Below are positions 14,951 through 24,874 of a stretch of DNA of 64,000 nucleotides, in pieces. Below the pieces are notes generated by a model. It did not search any database and was not told the origin of the DNA. It was given only the letters and a program-made list of their open reading frames with translations. The translations under genes and the position numbers were made by a program. The stretch spans positions 106,407-170,406 of IMG/VR virus record IMGVR_UViG_3300030102_007788; one strand, given 5' to 3'. Positions within the stretch are counted from its first letter, which is position 1; every line of letters starts with the position of its first letter. Origin of the DNA: a virus.

Positions 14951-15331
14951 CTAGTCGTTGACAAACATTTCCTCATCTTCAAGCAATCCGTATTCTCCTC
15001 CCTTCCACATAGATTCGATTGCCGCCGCTCCCCCCGCATAGGCATTAAAGCAAGTAAGCAGAACATTAGCTTCCCCAGCGATGTTGTTCCTTGCTGCTTC
15101 ATACCCCGGAATAATCACTAAACTTTTGCCGTCTTCTGCGACTCCTGTCCACGGGCCGCTACAATTAGTAAGCGCCCATTTTTTAATTACAATATCTTCT
15201 CCCTCATTGTTTTTACCTTTGATTTCATTTTGCTGATATGTTGCTATAGCCATCCAACTCCAGTCTTCACTAACCCATTGTGCAGTGATACCGTGATCGT
15301 GTTTTAATAATACGTGTTGATTGAATTTCAT
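14951..15331 (-). CDS. Hypothetical protein (MKFNQH)
   Basis: Start reassigned after AGGAAA, which removes the overlap with the HMA gene. Confidence 0.65.
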   Translation of the reverse strand: MKFNQHVLLKHDHGITAQWVSEDWSWMAIATYQQNEIKGKNNEGEDIVIKKWALTNCSGPWTGVAEDGKSLVIIPGYEAARNNIAGEANVLLTCFNAYAGGAAAIESMWKGGEYGLLEDEEMFVND

Positions 15332-15395
15332 AATTTTCCTTTTCTTGAAGTGCCATCCTTCCCCTAATGGCTTTGTGGACTCCCCACCGGAAAAT

Positions 15396-15704
15396 TTATG
15401 GTTGATTGTACCTATTAGGCTTTTTATTCCAAAGCCTTTTAATACTGGTGACTTCATAACCAGCATCTTTTATAATTTTTATAATTTTAGTATTCTTGAT
15501 CCAATATACTCTCCCTGAATCACTTTCGGCCAAATCAATTAAAGCTACCTGTTTTTTTGTATCAAATTTTATATTTAATACATTAATCTCTTTTTTGAAA
15601 CCGCGTTTAATCCCTATACCACACGAAGAACAAACTAACCCATTGATCTTTATCTCCAAGTCAGGTTGGAAGGATAAAGCGGCAACTAGCATCAAAGAAG
15701 TCAT
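15396..15704 (-). CDS. Heavy-metal-associated (HMA) domain protein
   Basis: IKINGLVCSSCG metal-binding loop and terminal I.DAGYEV. Confidence 0.78.
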   Translation of the reverse strand: MTSLMLVAALSFQPDLEIKINGLVCSSCGIGIKRGFKKEINVLNIKFDTKKQVALIDLAESDSGRVYWIKNTKIIKIIKDAGYEVTSIKRLWNKKPNRYNQP

Positions 15705-15982
15705 TGATTTTTCTGATGTTTAGCTAACTCAATTTCTATTTCCCTCAGCCTATTATTCAAACTATTTATAGCTGCGGTATTATTTGAAGTGTCTTTTTGT
15801 AGAATAGTGATTTCAGTTATCTTTTTGTCCATTTGAATTAAATGGTCCTCCAATTTCTCAAACTCCACTTTACTAGGAAATAAAGTTTGAAGATATGCCA
15901 ATATCCCAATCCCTATAATAGGAGCAAACTTAAGGAACCCATCTAAATCCGTAAAAGATATTTTTTTATTTTCACTTGGCAT
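15701..15982 (-). CDS. Membrane-anchored coiled-coil protein
   Basis: One TM segment then heptads; GTGTAATA motif 17 nt upstream. Confidence 0.65.
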   Translation of the reverse strand: MPSENKKISFTDLDGFLKFAPIIGIGILAYLQTLFPSKVEFEKLEDHLIQMDKKITEITILQKDTSNNTAAINSLNNRLREIEIELAKHQKNQ

Positions 15983-16033
15983 TTCCAATAATATTACACA
16001 GAAATTTATATTTTTCTAAATGTAATACATAAT

Positions 16034-16759
16034 ATGGCACAATTAAATGCAAATACCCCCTACATACAATGTTTCATTCGTAACCGGTATATACTGGGTC
16101 CAGAAGATAACGGATTGACCGAAGGTTATATATTCGGTGTAAAATCTATGATAAATCGTCCCATGCACTTTCATTTTCAATCGTGCTTCGGGGCGATTTT
16201 TTGGCAGATGCCAATTTCGGCGTTTTGTCATAAAGAGGACTATGAAGTATTATCTGAGGAAGAAGAAAAACGACTATCCTTATTGCAAACATGGGATTGT
16301 CAGGATAATGATATCGCAGTTACTACATTCGGCTTTTTGCAAAACCGCAGAGTTGACGTATTTTGCCGGGACCAAGTATGGCGTTCTGGTAAGTATGTTT
16401 TTACTATTGACGACTACGAGGGAGACCTTAACGAGCTCAATATTGGATACGCTAACGATCAAGATTCAAAATGTTACCACTTTTTGGAATTGGATGATGG
16501 GAACTATGCCATACCCCCTAATAATCTTTTACGCTGGCATAATCCTGATTTTATTGTACCGTATCCTAAGGATAAACCCCCTAAAATAAAAATATTCAAT
16601 AACCCTCTCAGCTCTGAAGATATAGACAGATCCTATGGAAATAGCCCTTACTACTTCTATAATCATTACCCGGAAGAGGAAAAAAAAGAAATAGAACCTA
16701 CCCCGTTAAGATCAAAATCTGCTTATAGAGAAGATTTACCAGAATATCCCTCAGCTTAG
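16034..16759 (+). CDS. Conserved phage hypothetical protein
   Basis: LNANTP, GA.FW..PISAF, QTWDC, GKY.FTID, LDDGNYA..PNN pattern. Confidence 0.8.
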   Translation: MAQLNANTPYIQCFIRNRYILGPEDNGLTEGYIFGVKSMINRPMHFHFQSCFGAIFWQMPISAFCHKEDYEVLSEEEEKRLSLLQTWDCQDNDIAVTTFGFLQNRRVDVFCRDQVWRSGKYVFTIDDYEGDLNELNIGYANDQDSKCYHFLELDDGNYAIPPNNLLRWHNPDFIVPYPKDKPPKIKIFNNPLSSEDIDRSYGNSPYYFYNHYPEEEKKEIEPTPLRSKSAYREDLPEYPSA

Positions 16760-16795
16760 TATTTGTAGCATAGATGTTTCTGTGTAATATTTTTT

Positions 16796-18388
16796 ATGGG
16801 GGAACTGCATACCATAGCAAGCAATGGTAATTTAAATGTTATAAAAAAAGCGCTTTCGAAAAATAAAGACGCATTTCTTGTCGTAGATGAAGAGTTAGGA
16901 TGGTCTCCTTTACATTACGCCGCTAGCAAAAGCAAAACTAAAATTGTAGAAGCTATTTTAGAGGCTGGCGTTGACCCTAATATTCCAAGTGTTCCTCGCA
17001 CTAAATATAAACAAAATGCTTGGAACTTAGCTATGGAGGAAGACAAAGAGAATGTTGACCCAATCGTTTTCCCACTGGATGTTGCAGATGGCCCTTCTCG
17101 CACAACAGTATTCAAAACGATTTTAATGTACGGTGGAATTTTTTATGGAGATGAATTAACTCTTCATCAAGCTGTACAGTTAGACGATATGGAAGAAGTC
17201 GAGGGATTACTACAAGACGAAACTCTTAAAATTAATGCTAGAGATAATAGAGGATGGATGGCGATTCATTACGCTGTAGATCTTGCTAATATGGAAATGT
17301 TAAAAATATTAATTGCAAATAAAGCTGCTATAAACGGTTCCACTTATGCAAAAGATGCTATAATTCATTTTAATCCTTGGGAAATTGCTAACATTAAAAA
17401 TGATGAAGTAATGCTTAAATTTTTAGAATCTAAAGGCGCTAAACGTCACCCGGGTATACTGCATGATCAAAGGGCAACGTTAAAAAATAAAACTAAATTA
17501 TACGACAGGTCAAAATCTGACTTAACTATGTCAGCAGTTAGAGAAAAATTAAAAGAAAAAGAAGCCTCGTTTAAAAAAGTTCCTAAAGCTCCTGAAGGAT
17601 TTTTGGGCAAGCTATTTGAAAATAAACACGATAAAGAAAAAAGATTAGCTTTAGAAGCCGCTGCCGAAAAAGAGCGGGAAAAAGAAGAAGAAGCCAAAAG
17701 AATAAAGCAACAAGAGCAAGAAGAAGAAAGAAGAAAACAGCAAGTTATAAAATGGTCTGGAGGCGTAGATCCTTTTAAATTAAAGGGTGAGTCATTAACT
17801 TATGACGAACAGTGTGAGGCTCATATTTATTTTATGGATATCGTAGGGTATTCGCAGAAAAGCACAAGTGAACAAAAACAAGTTTCAGATGAGTTGGTTT
17901 CAATTGTAAAAAGCACCGAGAGCTTTCAGAAGGCAGATAAAAAAGGTAAGTTAGTTATTCTGCCTACAGGTGACGGTATGGCTTTAGTTTTCTTCGATTC
18001 CGTTCATACAGCTTTTAAATGCGCTATAGATGTCGGCATCAGGACATTTAAGCATCCTCAAATAGGATTACGTCACGGTGTTTATACCGGACCCGTAGTT
18101 CCTGTTAAAGACATAAATGATAACCCTAACGTTTCTGGTACAGGTATAAATATGGCTCAACGCTGCATGGATGCTGGAGACAGTGATCATATCTTGATCT
18201 CAGATCATGTGTATCAATACGTTAGAGAATCTATACCTGCATTAAAATTTGAAGATTGGGGACCTGTAGTCGTCAAACACGGAGCTACAGTACATATGTG
18301 GACAGCTTTTGGCGTTAATTGTGGGAGACAAGAATTTCCTCATTGGAGAGGGATTAAGAGATTAGAGTATAAGGAAGATGAAGAATAA
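16796..18388 (+). CDS. Ankyrin-repeat plus class III nucleotidyl cyclase
   Basis: GWSPLHYAA and GWMAIHYAV repeats; FMDIVGYS, PTGDGMALVF, LRHGVYTGPV, GINMAQRCMD, HILIS. Confidence 0.88.
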   Translation: MGELHTIASNGNLNVIKKALSKNKDAFLVVDEELGWSPLHYAASKSKTKIVEAILEAGVDPNIPSVPRTKYKQNAWNLAMEEDKENVDPIVFPLDVADGPSRTTVFKTILMYGGIFYGDELTLHQAVQLDDMEEVEGLLQDETLKINARDNRGWMAIHYAVDLANMEMLKILIANKAAINGSTYAKDAIIHFNPWEIANIKNDEVMLKFLESKGAKRHPGILHDQRATLKNKTKLYDRSKSDLTMSAVREKLKEKEASFKKVPKAPEGFLGKLFENKHDKEKRLALEAAAEKEREKEEEAKRIKQQEQEEERRKQQVIKWSGGVDPFKLKGESLTYDEQCEAHIYFMDIVGYSQKSTSEQKQVSDELVSIVKSTESFQKADKKGKLVILPTGDGMALVFFDSVHTAFKCAIDVGIRTFKHPQIGLRHGVYTGPVVPVKDINDNPNVSGTGINMAQRCMDAGDSDHILISDHVYQYVRESIPALKFEDWGPVVVKHGATVHMWTAFGVNCGRQEFPHWRGIKRLEYKEDEE

Positions 18389-18575
18389 AATATTAAACTG
18401 CGAAGAAGAAGATTGCCCTTCGTATTTTGAAGATCTAGCTAGCTGCGGGGAAACCCATTTAGCCACTTGTATGAGCTGTTTTAAAAGAGTTCAGTTGGTG
18501 AGTACTAAAGATATGTACGAATCAATGAATGAGCAAAATATGAAAGTCGCAATGGAGGAATGCATCAATGGCTGA
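18378..18575 (+). CDS. Small Cys-rich protein
   Basis: Overlap-coupled; C..CP...CMSC. Confidence 0.55.
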   Translation: MKNKILNCEEEDCPSYFEDLASCGETHLATCMSCFKRVQLVSTKDMYESMNEQNMKVAMEECING

Positions 18576-18798
18576 TTTACAAAATAAATATTCCGATAAC
18601 ATAGAAGGTCGTTATTTCGTCGATGAACAATGCATTGATTGTGACCTTTGTAGAGAGGTTGCCCCTGAATCTTTTGGTAGGAACAATGAAGAAGGTTACT
18701 CTTACGTTTTTAAACAGCCAGAAAACAGTGAGGAAGAAGAGCTTTGTAAAGAAGCCATGGACGGTTGCCCAGTAGAAGCTATTGGAGATTTTGGATAA
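18568..18798 (+). CDS. Ferredoxin (single Fe-S cluster type)
   Basis: VDEQCIDCDLCREVAP...CPVEAI. Confidence 0.92.
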   Translation: MADLQNKYSDNIEGRYFVDEQCIDCDLCREVAPESFGRNNEEGYSYVFKQPENSEEEELCKEAMDGCPVEAIGDFG

Positions 18799-19128
18799 AT
18801 GATAAACAAAGACGTTAAAATAAAAAGAGACTTTTTTGGCAGGATTGATTTTCAGGGAGCTTTGTTATTTTTAATATATATCTTAAGCTGCATTTACTAT
18901 GGATTTTTATACGTCTTAAAATGGAGTAGGAATAAATTAAAAATAGGAGCAACAATTTTATGTTTTTTGACTATGGGATGTACTGGCAAGTGGGTTTGGC
19001 AAGAAGACTACCCTAAACATAAAACGATGTCATTTAAATGCCCAAGGTGGAATTATAATGAAGCTTACGATGAACTGCACCACATTTATACCACTAAGCA
19101 ATATAAACCTATAAAAATAAAGAATTAA
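18799..19128 (+). CDS. Hypothetical membrane/lipoprotein
   Basis: Hydrophobic segments, LTMGC. Confidence 0.55.
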   Translation: MINKDVKIKRDFFGRIDFQGALLFLIYILSCIYYGFLYVLKWSRNKLKIGATILCFLTMGCTGKWVWQEDYPKHKTMSFKCPRWNYNEAYDELHHIYTTKQYKPIKIKN

Positions 19129-19469
19129 GATTTCCAGTATTTGTGAGGATAGTCTGGAGTGTTTTCTTTTATAACAGCCTGAACCCAGCTCACGTCTAAA
19201 CCTTCGTGATACAAATTGTGGTTAGTAGTGTGCGTATTCGGGTGAGGTTCCCACCTTCTAGCTAAAGCATACAGTTGATTCTGTTCGTACTGACGAACTG
19301 CTGCCAATATGCAAAAGCACCTAAGTAAAGATTTTTTTGGAGGGGGATTTATACCTCTTTCTATTTTGCGCCACATTTGATAATCTACTTTAAGAAGTCT
19401 AGATAATTTTGTAATATTATCAAACTTCCTCATTCTTAATTCTTTGAGGTATGTGTGAAACTGGTTCAC
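19125..19469 (-). CDS. XRE-type helix-turn-helix protein
   Basis: YLKELR...LSRLL.V....WRKIERG.NPPP. Confidence 0.65.
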   Translation of the reverse strand: MNQFHTYLKELRMRKFDNITKLSRLLKVDYQMWRKIERGINPPPKKSLLRCFCILAAVRQYEQNQLYALARRWEPHPNTHTTNHNLYHEGLDVSWVQAVIKENTPDYPHKYWKS

Positions 19470-19678
19470 GGAAGTAGCTTATCTAAAACTTCTTCTTTTA
19501 GCTTTTCTTTAGCTTTGTCAGCGGCTTTGTCTACTACTTTCTCTACAATAGCCTCTTTTGCCGCCTCCTTTGCGTTCTCAGCGACTTTTTCCTTAATTTC
19601 CTCTCCCTGTAGCATCCATATAACAAAAACCAACAGAGCGACTCCTAGGGCGACTATTAGGATATCCTTTTTCTTCAT
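19466..19678 (-). CDS. Small membrane-anchored protein
   Basis: N-terminal TM segment, charged helix. Confidence 0.65.
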   Translation of the reverse strand: MKKKDILIVALGVALLVFVIWMLQGEEIKEKVAENAKEAAKEAIVEKVVDKAADKAKEKLKEEVLDKLLP

Positions 19679-19720
19679 AAAAAAATATTACACGCAAAAA
19701 GTGTATAGTAAATTAGTACC

Positions 19721-20107
19721 ATGTTGGTAAAAAATATTTTCAAGTATGGACTGATGGCAATTATTGCGTCAGTGTTAACAACCGCCGAAGCCAAACCTAG
19801 TAAAGGTAAGGGAAAACCTCGTCCAGAAAAGGTAGATAAAGAAAAACTTAAAGAAAGATTTAAGGCCGCGGCAGAAAAAAGAAAAAAGCATATCGAAAGT
19901 AAAAAACGCCGACATCATTGGAAGGGGAAGAAAATAGACAATGAAGAGCTAAATGAGCTTCGGGAAAAAATGAAAGAGCTCCATAAAGAGATGCATGAGC
20001 TAAGAAAAAAGCATCGCGAGGAGATGAAGAAAAGAATGGAGCAGATAAAAAAAGAATTCGCTAATAAGCGCGATAAAGTTATCGACGAGAATAAACCGGG
20101 AGAATAA
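19721..20107 (+). CDS. Secreted highly charged coiled-coil protein
   Basis: Signal peptide ending AEA, K/E-rich body. Confidence 0.7.
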   Translation: MLVKNIFKYGLMAIIASVLTTAEAKPSKGKGKPRPEKVDKEKLKERFKAAAEKRKKHIESKKRRHHWKGKKIDNEELNELREKMKELHKEMHELRKKHREEMKKRMEQIKKEFANKRDKVIDENKPGE

Positions 20108-20121
20108 AAATACACATACAT

Positions 20122-20160
20122 AAAAAGAAACCCCCGCATTGCGCGGGGGTTTTTATTTTT
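20122..20160. terminator. Bidirectional terminator
   Basis: AAACCCCCGC/GCGGGGGTTT flanked by A and T tracts between convergent genes. Confidence 0.8.
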
Positions 20161-20173
20161 CATTGAGTTAGAG

Positions 20174-20737
20174 TTAGTATAGCTCTGAATAATCAAGCGA
20201 TGCATCTGCTTCGCTTACCTTAACTCCGAATTTTTTAGCTGCGGCTTTAATTTTTTTCAAGGCCGATTTTTTAGCTTCCTCACTAATTTTTGTTTGGTTT
20301 AGTCTGGCCAATGCGTTGCGTACATGAGCCGCATCATTTATAGGAAGGTGTCTTAATGATCGAGGGACAGTCTTACCCTCGTCGTCTTTTTTTCCACCGG
20401 GTTCAATGTATGCAAATTCTGAATCAGGGAGATCGTTTTTGTTTTTAGTTGACAAAACTGCGCTCTCCATTTCTTTTAGATTTTTCTTATCGTATTTCTC
20501 GTCTTTTTTAATATCATGGATTTCGACACTCTTTTTTTCTGAGGGCTTGCCCTTTTTAAGCTTTTTGATTTTACTGTCATCATCTTTTAAGGCATCTTTT
20601 TCGTGCTCTTTTTTTTCTTTCTTATCGTCACGTTTAAGCTCTTTAGTATCGATTTTTTCGTACTGTTTCTTAGTCATGGCAGCTTCTTGTTCTTCGCGCC
20701 ATTTAACAATCTGTTCTGAGAAATCAATTTCTTTCAT
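20174..20737 (-). CDS. Protein with DUF6582-like C-terminal domain
   Basis: DLPDSEFAY...LPINDAAHVRNALARLNQ...KIKAAAKKFGV. Confidence 0.7.
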   Translation of the reverse strand: MKEIDFSEQIVKWREEQEAAMTKKQYEKIDTKELKRDDKKEKKEHEKDALKDDDSKIKKLKKGKPSEKKSVEIHDIKKDEKYDKKNLKEMESAVLSTKNKNDLPDSEFAYIEPGGKKDDEGKTVPRSLRHLPINDAAHVRNALARLNQTKISEEAKKSALKKIKAAAKKFGVKVSEADASLDYSELY

Positions 20738-20747
20738 GTTTCTAAAT

Positions 20748-21047
20748 TTATTTTACACTTTTTTTAGGGGTCATTTCCATTAATTTTCCAGCTGGTTCCC
20801 ATAAACTTACGGGAGCGTTAGTTCTGACAGATAAATTTTCAGGCTTTAACAACACTGCTCCCGGGGCATTAGTTTTAATTATTGGTTTACCCATATTTTC
20901 TTTATCTTTGTAATAATCCATTTCCACTTGAAAAAAGGCGGGGACAGAAAATCTAACTTTTTCCAACCTACCTTTTTTGTCAACTGACATGCAGCCTTTT
21001 GCGCCTAAGCTTATAAATATTATACATAAAAATAGTGTTTTTTTCAT
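20748..21047 (-). CDS. Putative lipoprotein
   Basis: Signal peptide ending in GC. Confidence 0.6.
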   Translation of the reverse strand: MKKTLFLCIIFISLGAKGCMSVDKKGRLEKVRFSVPAFFQVEMDYYKDKENMGKPIIKTNAPGAVLLKPENLSVRTNAPVSLWEPAGKLMEMTPKKSVK

Positions 21048-21556
21048 TTTTTACTTCTTGTTCTTCTGGTAGGTTTTTCTACCACTTCAACCTGCATAGG
21101 CGGAGGATTTACGGGAACTTCTTCCCAGCCAACAAAACTGGGATCACTAGCTTTTGGTAAATAAGCATCTCCGCCATTTTTAGGTAAAGTCTTTTCAATA
21201 GTAAGCTGTTTTAACTGCTCATTTGGCACCAACATCTTAGTTTTGCGGTCTGTCATGTAGAAAACCGTATTACGAATTCCGACCCGAACTATACGGGCTT
21301 GACGACCAGAAATATAAATGATATCGTCATTGTTAAAATTATTTCCCATAAATACAAGTATACCTTGAGCAAAATTCATTATCATGTCTTTTGCCATTAT
21401 GGTTATAATAGCTATCATCAATAGCCATCCATATTCCCCAATAAGGCTTTCCAAAAAGCCTTCCACATTTTCTTTATTCATCCCTCCGTCAGACAATTGA
21501 TTCAAATTTGTGCCTAAGTTGACTAACTGCGGGATTGCGTTTGTAATCTCTTCCAT
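21044..21556 (-). CDS. MscS-like small membrane protein
   Basis: KD.I.NF..GI, F..DD.I.I.G....IVRVGIR.T, MLVPN. Confidence 0.65.
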   Translation of the reverse strand: MEEITNAIPQLVNLGTNLNQLSDGGMNKENVEGFLESLIGEYGWLLMIAIITIMAKDMIMNFAQGILVFMGNNFNNDDIIYISGRQARIVRVGIRNTVFYMTDRKTKMLVPNEQLKQLTIEKTLPKNGGDAYLPKASDPSFVGWEEVPVNPPPMQVEVVEKPTRRTRSKK

Positions 21557-21601
21557 GACTTTTCCTTTAACATTACACTAAAACCGTGTATTATATTACT
21601 G

Positions 21602-22363
21602 ATGTCAAAAGTAAAACGTGCAGGAGACTTTGAGTCTCTTGAAGTTAGCGACGGGAGAGTCAAGATCCATCAGAGGGATCCAATTAAACCAAAAGACAAT
21701 TTTTATATAGAAGAATTGCCTTGGACAGAAAAACAAAAACGATTTATAGACTTATCTTTAGACAAAAATACTAGGTTGATATTATGTAAAGGTCCAGCGG
21801 GTAGCTCTAAAACACTTTCTGCTGTATATTCAGCACTGCACCTTTTGAACAACTCAAAAGTTTCTGATGTTATCTACATGCGCTCAGCGGTAGAAAGTTC
21901 CGACTCTCGATTAGGTTTCCTCCCCGGAGACGCAGATGAGAAACTTCATTATTATAATTTACCTTTTATGGATAAATTAGACGAGCTCTTGAGTGAAGAG
22001 ACTGTAAAAAAACTACAAAAAGAAAAAAGGGTTTCAATACACCCTGTCAACTTTGCGAGAGGTATGAGCTGGAACGGAAAAGCTATTCTTTTAGATGAAG
22101 CTCAAAATAGTTCTTTTCGTGAAATTGTTACAGTTTTAACAAGAATAGGTAAGTATTCCAGATGCTTTATTATGGCTGACCCTATGCAAACAGACTTAAA
22201 AAATGGAAACAGAGGAGGCTTTGAAAAATTATTCGCGGCTTTTAATGATGACGAAAGTAAGAGTATGGGAATTCATACTTTTGAATTCAATGCTGATGAT
22301 ATTGTTAGATCAGAGCTAACTAAGTTTATTGTGGAAAAAGTGAATACTATTGAGACTCATTAA
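21602..22363 (+). CDS. phoH: PhoH family ATPase
   Basis: GPAGSSKT, LGFLPGD, ARGMSW, LLDEAQN, LTRIG, DPMQTDL, DIVRS. Confidence 0.93.
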   Translation: MSKVKRAGDFESLEVSDGRVKIHQRDPIKPKDNFYIEELPWTEKQKRFIDLSLDKNTRLILCKGPAGSSKTLSAVYSALHLLNNSKVSDVIYMRSAVESSDSRLGFLPGDADEKLHYYNLPFMDKLDELLSEETVKKLQKEKRVSIHPVNFARGMSWNGKAILLDEAQNSSFREIVTVLTRIGKYSRCFIMADPMQTDLKNGNRGGFEKLFAAFNDDESKSMGIHTFEFNADDIVRSELTKFIVEKVNTIETH

Positions 22364-22625
22364 CATTTTCTTCAATCAATTTAGCAGCTAAAGCTGAAAA
22401 TTTTCTGACTTTATACTCGGGAATATCCCAGAAGAAAGCGTGAGTTAATTCTTCTATAAGAACGCTCATTTTCCTTCTGTCTTTTAACTTTGGGTCAATA
22501 AGGATTGTGGGGCTATCTAATTCTGGATTGCCGCACAAACCGTCAGCGTTGTATTTATAATGAGGTTTTCTCCATATTAGCTTATACTCTATACCGTCTG
22601 AATTGGTGAATTTCGAGCTTCGCAT
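22347..22625 (-). CDS. Small zincin-like protein
   Basis: DGLC..P...I.IDP.L...VLIEELTHA (HExxH variant); start from GTGTA motif spacing. Confidence 0.55.
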   Translation of the reverse strand: MRSSKFTNSDGIEYKLIWRKPHYKYNADGLCGNPELDSPTILIDPKLKDRRKMSVLIEELTHAFFWDIPEYKVRKFSALAAKLIEENVNESQ

Positions 22626-22696
22626 ACCTAAAAGGTAATACACTTTTTTTGAAAAAGGTTTAATTTTCATTAGTATATATAGTGTAATATTTTTTT

Positions 22697-23098
22697 ATGA
22701 AAGCGTATTGTCCAGACTGTGGCTCAGCCACAGAGTACTCGTTACAGAAGCCTAAATTTTGTGCTTCTTGCGGTAGCTCTTTTTCTATTGCGTCTTCCGC
22801 GCCAAGTAAAAAGATTTTTAAAACTGCCGCTAAAGTTGTTAAATCAAAACCTAAAGTGGAGTTTATGGAAGAGGAAGAGGAGTCTTTTAACATTCCTCAG
22901 ATAGATAAGCTGGATGTAAGCTTTACATCGTCTTCATTTGCTAAATCAAATAAGCTGGGTGACATTGTAGGGTCTAACGTCGATGGTGATCGAGAAGAGT
23001 TTACTAGGGAAAAAGATACTTCTTATTCTCTGGAAAGCTTCGAGCAGGACTTCATGAGGGATGCAGGGAGTTCACGTAGACCGGATGCCGAAAGCTAA
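22697..23098 (+). CDS. Zinc-ribbon protein
   Basis: YCPDCG...KPKFCASCG. Confidence 0.75.
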   Translation: MKAYCPDCGSATEYSLQKPKFCASCGSSFSIASSAPSKKIFKTAAKVVKSKPKVEFMEEEEESFNIPQIDKLDVSFTSSSFAKSNKLGDIVGSNVDGDREEFTREKDTSYSLESFEQDFMRDAGSSRRPDAES

Positions 23099-23768
23099 AA
23101 TAAAATTTGAAGATTATATTGAACAGATAGATGCAGAGATAAAAAAAAGAAGATCCAAGTGGAATTTGACAGCGCTTTCTTGGATGGACTTTGATGACGT
23201 ATCTCAAATCCTGAGGATTCATATATTTAAAAAGTGGCATTTGTATGATACAAAAAAGCCCCTCAATCCTTGGATCAATAGGATTATATCTAATCAGATA
23301 AAAAATCTTATACGTAACAATTACGGTAACTATTGTCGACCTTGCTTAAAATGTGCGGCAGCAGAGGCGGGGGACTTATGTTACATATACGGTAAACAAA
23401 GTGAGGCGTGCCCTTTGTTTGCAAATTGGTCTAGAACTAAAAAACAAGCTTACAACGCTAAACTTCCTGTATCAATAAACGATCACACTTACGAAATAAA
23501 TTCTACAGAGTATAGCGATATAGACATCTTAGGCGTTATGGATAGAATTAGCGCCAAGATGAAAGAAGTTTTAAAACCCGCCGAATGGAAAATTTACCAA
23601 GCTCTCTACATAGAGCATATGTCAGAGGAAGACGCTGCTACCTTGATGGGGTACAAGACTAATGAGAAAAATAGAGTTCCCGGGTATAAGCAAATCAAGA
23701 ACGTAAAAAAAGCTATAATTAAAAAAGTAAAACGGATGCTGGAAGATGGAGAGATAGAAATCTTATGA
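23085..23768 (+). CDS. Phage sigma-factor-like protein
   Basis: Region 2-like DFDDVSQILRIHIFKKWHLYD..KPL.PWINRII.NQIKN; region 4-like L...EWKIY...YIE.MSEEDAA..MG. Confidence 0.7.
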   Translation: MPKAKIKFEDYIEQIDAEIKKRRSKWNLTALSWMDFDDVSQILRIHIFKKWHLYDTKKPLNPWINRIISNQIKNLIRNNYGNYCRPCLKCAAAEAGDLCYIYGKQSEACPLFANWSRTKKQAYNAKLPVSINDHTYEINSTEYSDIDILGVMDRISAKMKEVLKPAEWKIYQALYIEHMSEEDAATLMGYKTNEKNRVPGYKQIKNVKKAIIKKVKRMLEDGEIEIL

Positions 23769-24874
23769 GCTCTAAAAATGTAAAACTTACTGAAGATCAA
23801 GAACTTGCGATCCTTGAAGAATGGAACAAAAGAAATGAACCACCATACATCTCCGAATTAATTGAGTTAGCGTTCCCTGATATTCCTGACGAGAGAAAAA
23901 ATGGAAGGTCAAAAGAGGGGAGAGCAGTAAAAGAGTTTTTAGCAAGAAAAAGCTTAGAGGCGCGGGTTACTAGTAAGCATTATCCAAAAGAGAGAACAGA
24001 GCTAACAGAAGATCAAAAAGAATTTATCTACAATAACTGCGGGGCCATGAGGCCTATGGAACTCGCTAAAGTAGTTTTTGATGATCCAAAAATTTCCTCT
24101 TTAGACCTAAGGTATAAAGTACTTATAGAATACTATAACACAATCGATAACAAGGTCAAGTACTCAGATATAACAAATGAAGATGCCTCTGTGGAAGGTG
24201 GGTATGCCCCACCAAAATCTGAAAGTAGAGCTTTGGTTAGAGTTAACAAATATGTTCACAACGGAATCAACAAAGACAAATTAACTTCTAAGGATAAGAA
24301 AAATTTGGCGACCTTAATCGGTTATATGCACACCTACAGATTCCTTCATCAAATAGGCACCTATGGTATAGAAACAGATAGAGAGTTATTTGAGAGTAGT
24401 TTTGTTAGGTATACTTGGGACAAAGATGATTTAACCCAAGAAGAAGTAGACCAGTATATCGTACTTTCAGCCGAGGTGGTAATTGCTTCTAACATTCAAC
24501 GTCGAGTAGAAAGGCTCCAAACCCTGCTGGATCAAAACGCAGAAGATACAGAAGGACGTAAGATGGCTATGAGTTTGGTCGAAGCTATTAACACTGCGCA
24601 AACTGAATACAACCAATGCGTTAACAGACAGACTAAACTCCTCAACGAACTGAAAGAAAAAAGAAGCCAGAGAATGAGTAAGATGATGCAAGACTCTGCT
24701 TCGATTTTAAATCTAGTGGAACTTTGGAAAGATGAAGAGTCTAGAAATAAAATGATTAAACTTGCCGATTTAAGGCGGCAAAATGTTTCTTCTGAGATTG
24801 AAAGGTTAAGCAGTATGGAGGAAATCAAATCTAGAATTTTAGGGATAAGTGAAGAAGAAGTTTTAAATGGCTAG
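23765..24874 (+). CDS. Hypothetical helical protein, possible terminase small subunit
   Basis: HTH-like N-terminus, coiled coil, two genes upstream of TerL. Confidence 0.55.
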   Translation: MSSKNVKLTEDQELAILEEWNKRNEPPYISELIELAFPDIPDERKNGRSKEGRAVKEFLARKSLEARVTSKHYPKERTELTEDQKEFIYNNCGAMRPMELAKVVFDDPKISSLDLRYKVLIEYYNTIDNKVKYSDITNEDASVEGGYAPPKSESRALVRVNKYVHNGINKDKLTSKDKKNLATLIGYMHTYRFLHQIGTYGIETDRELFESSFVRYTWDKDDLTQEEVDQYIVLSAEVVIASNIQRRVERLQTLLDQNAEDTEGRKMAMSLVEAINTAQTEYNQCVNRQTKLLNELKEKRSQRMSKMMQDSASILNLVELWKDEESRNKMIKLADLRRQNVSSEIERLSSMEEIKSRILGISEEEVLNG

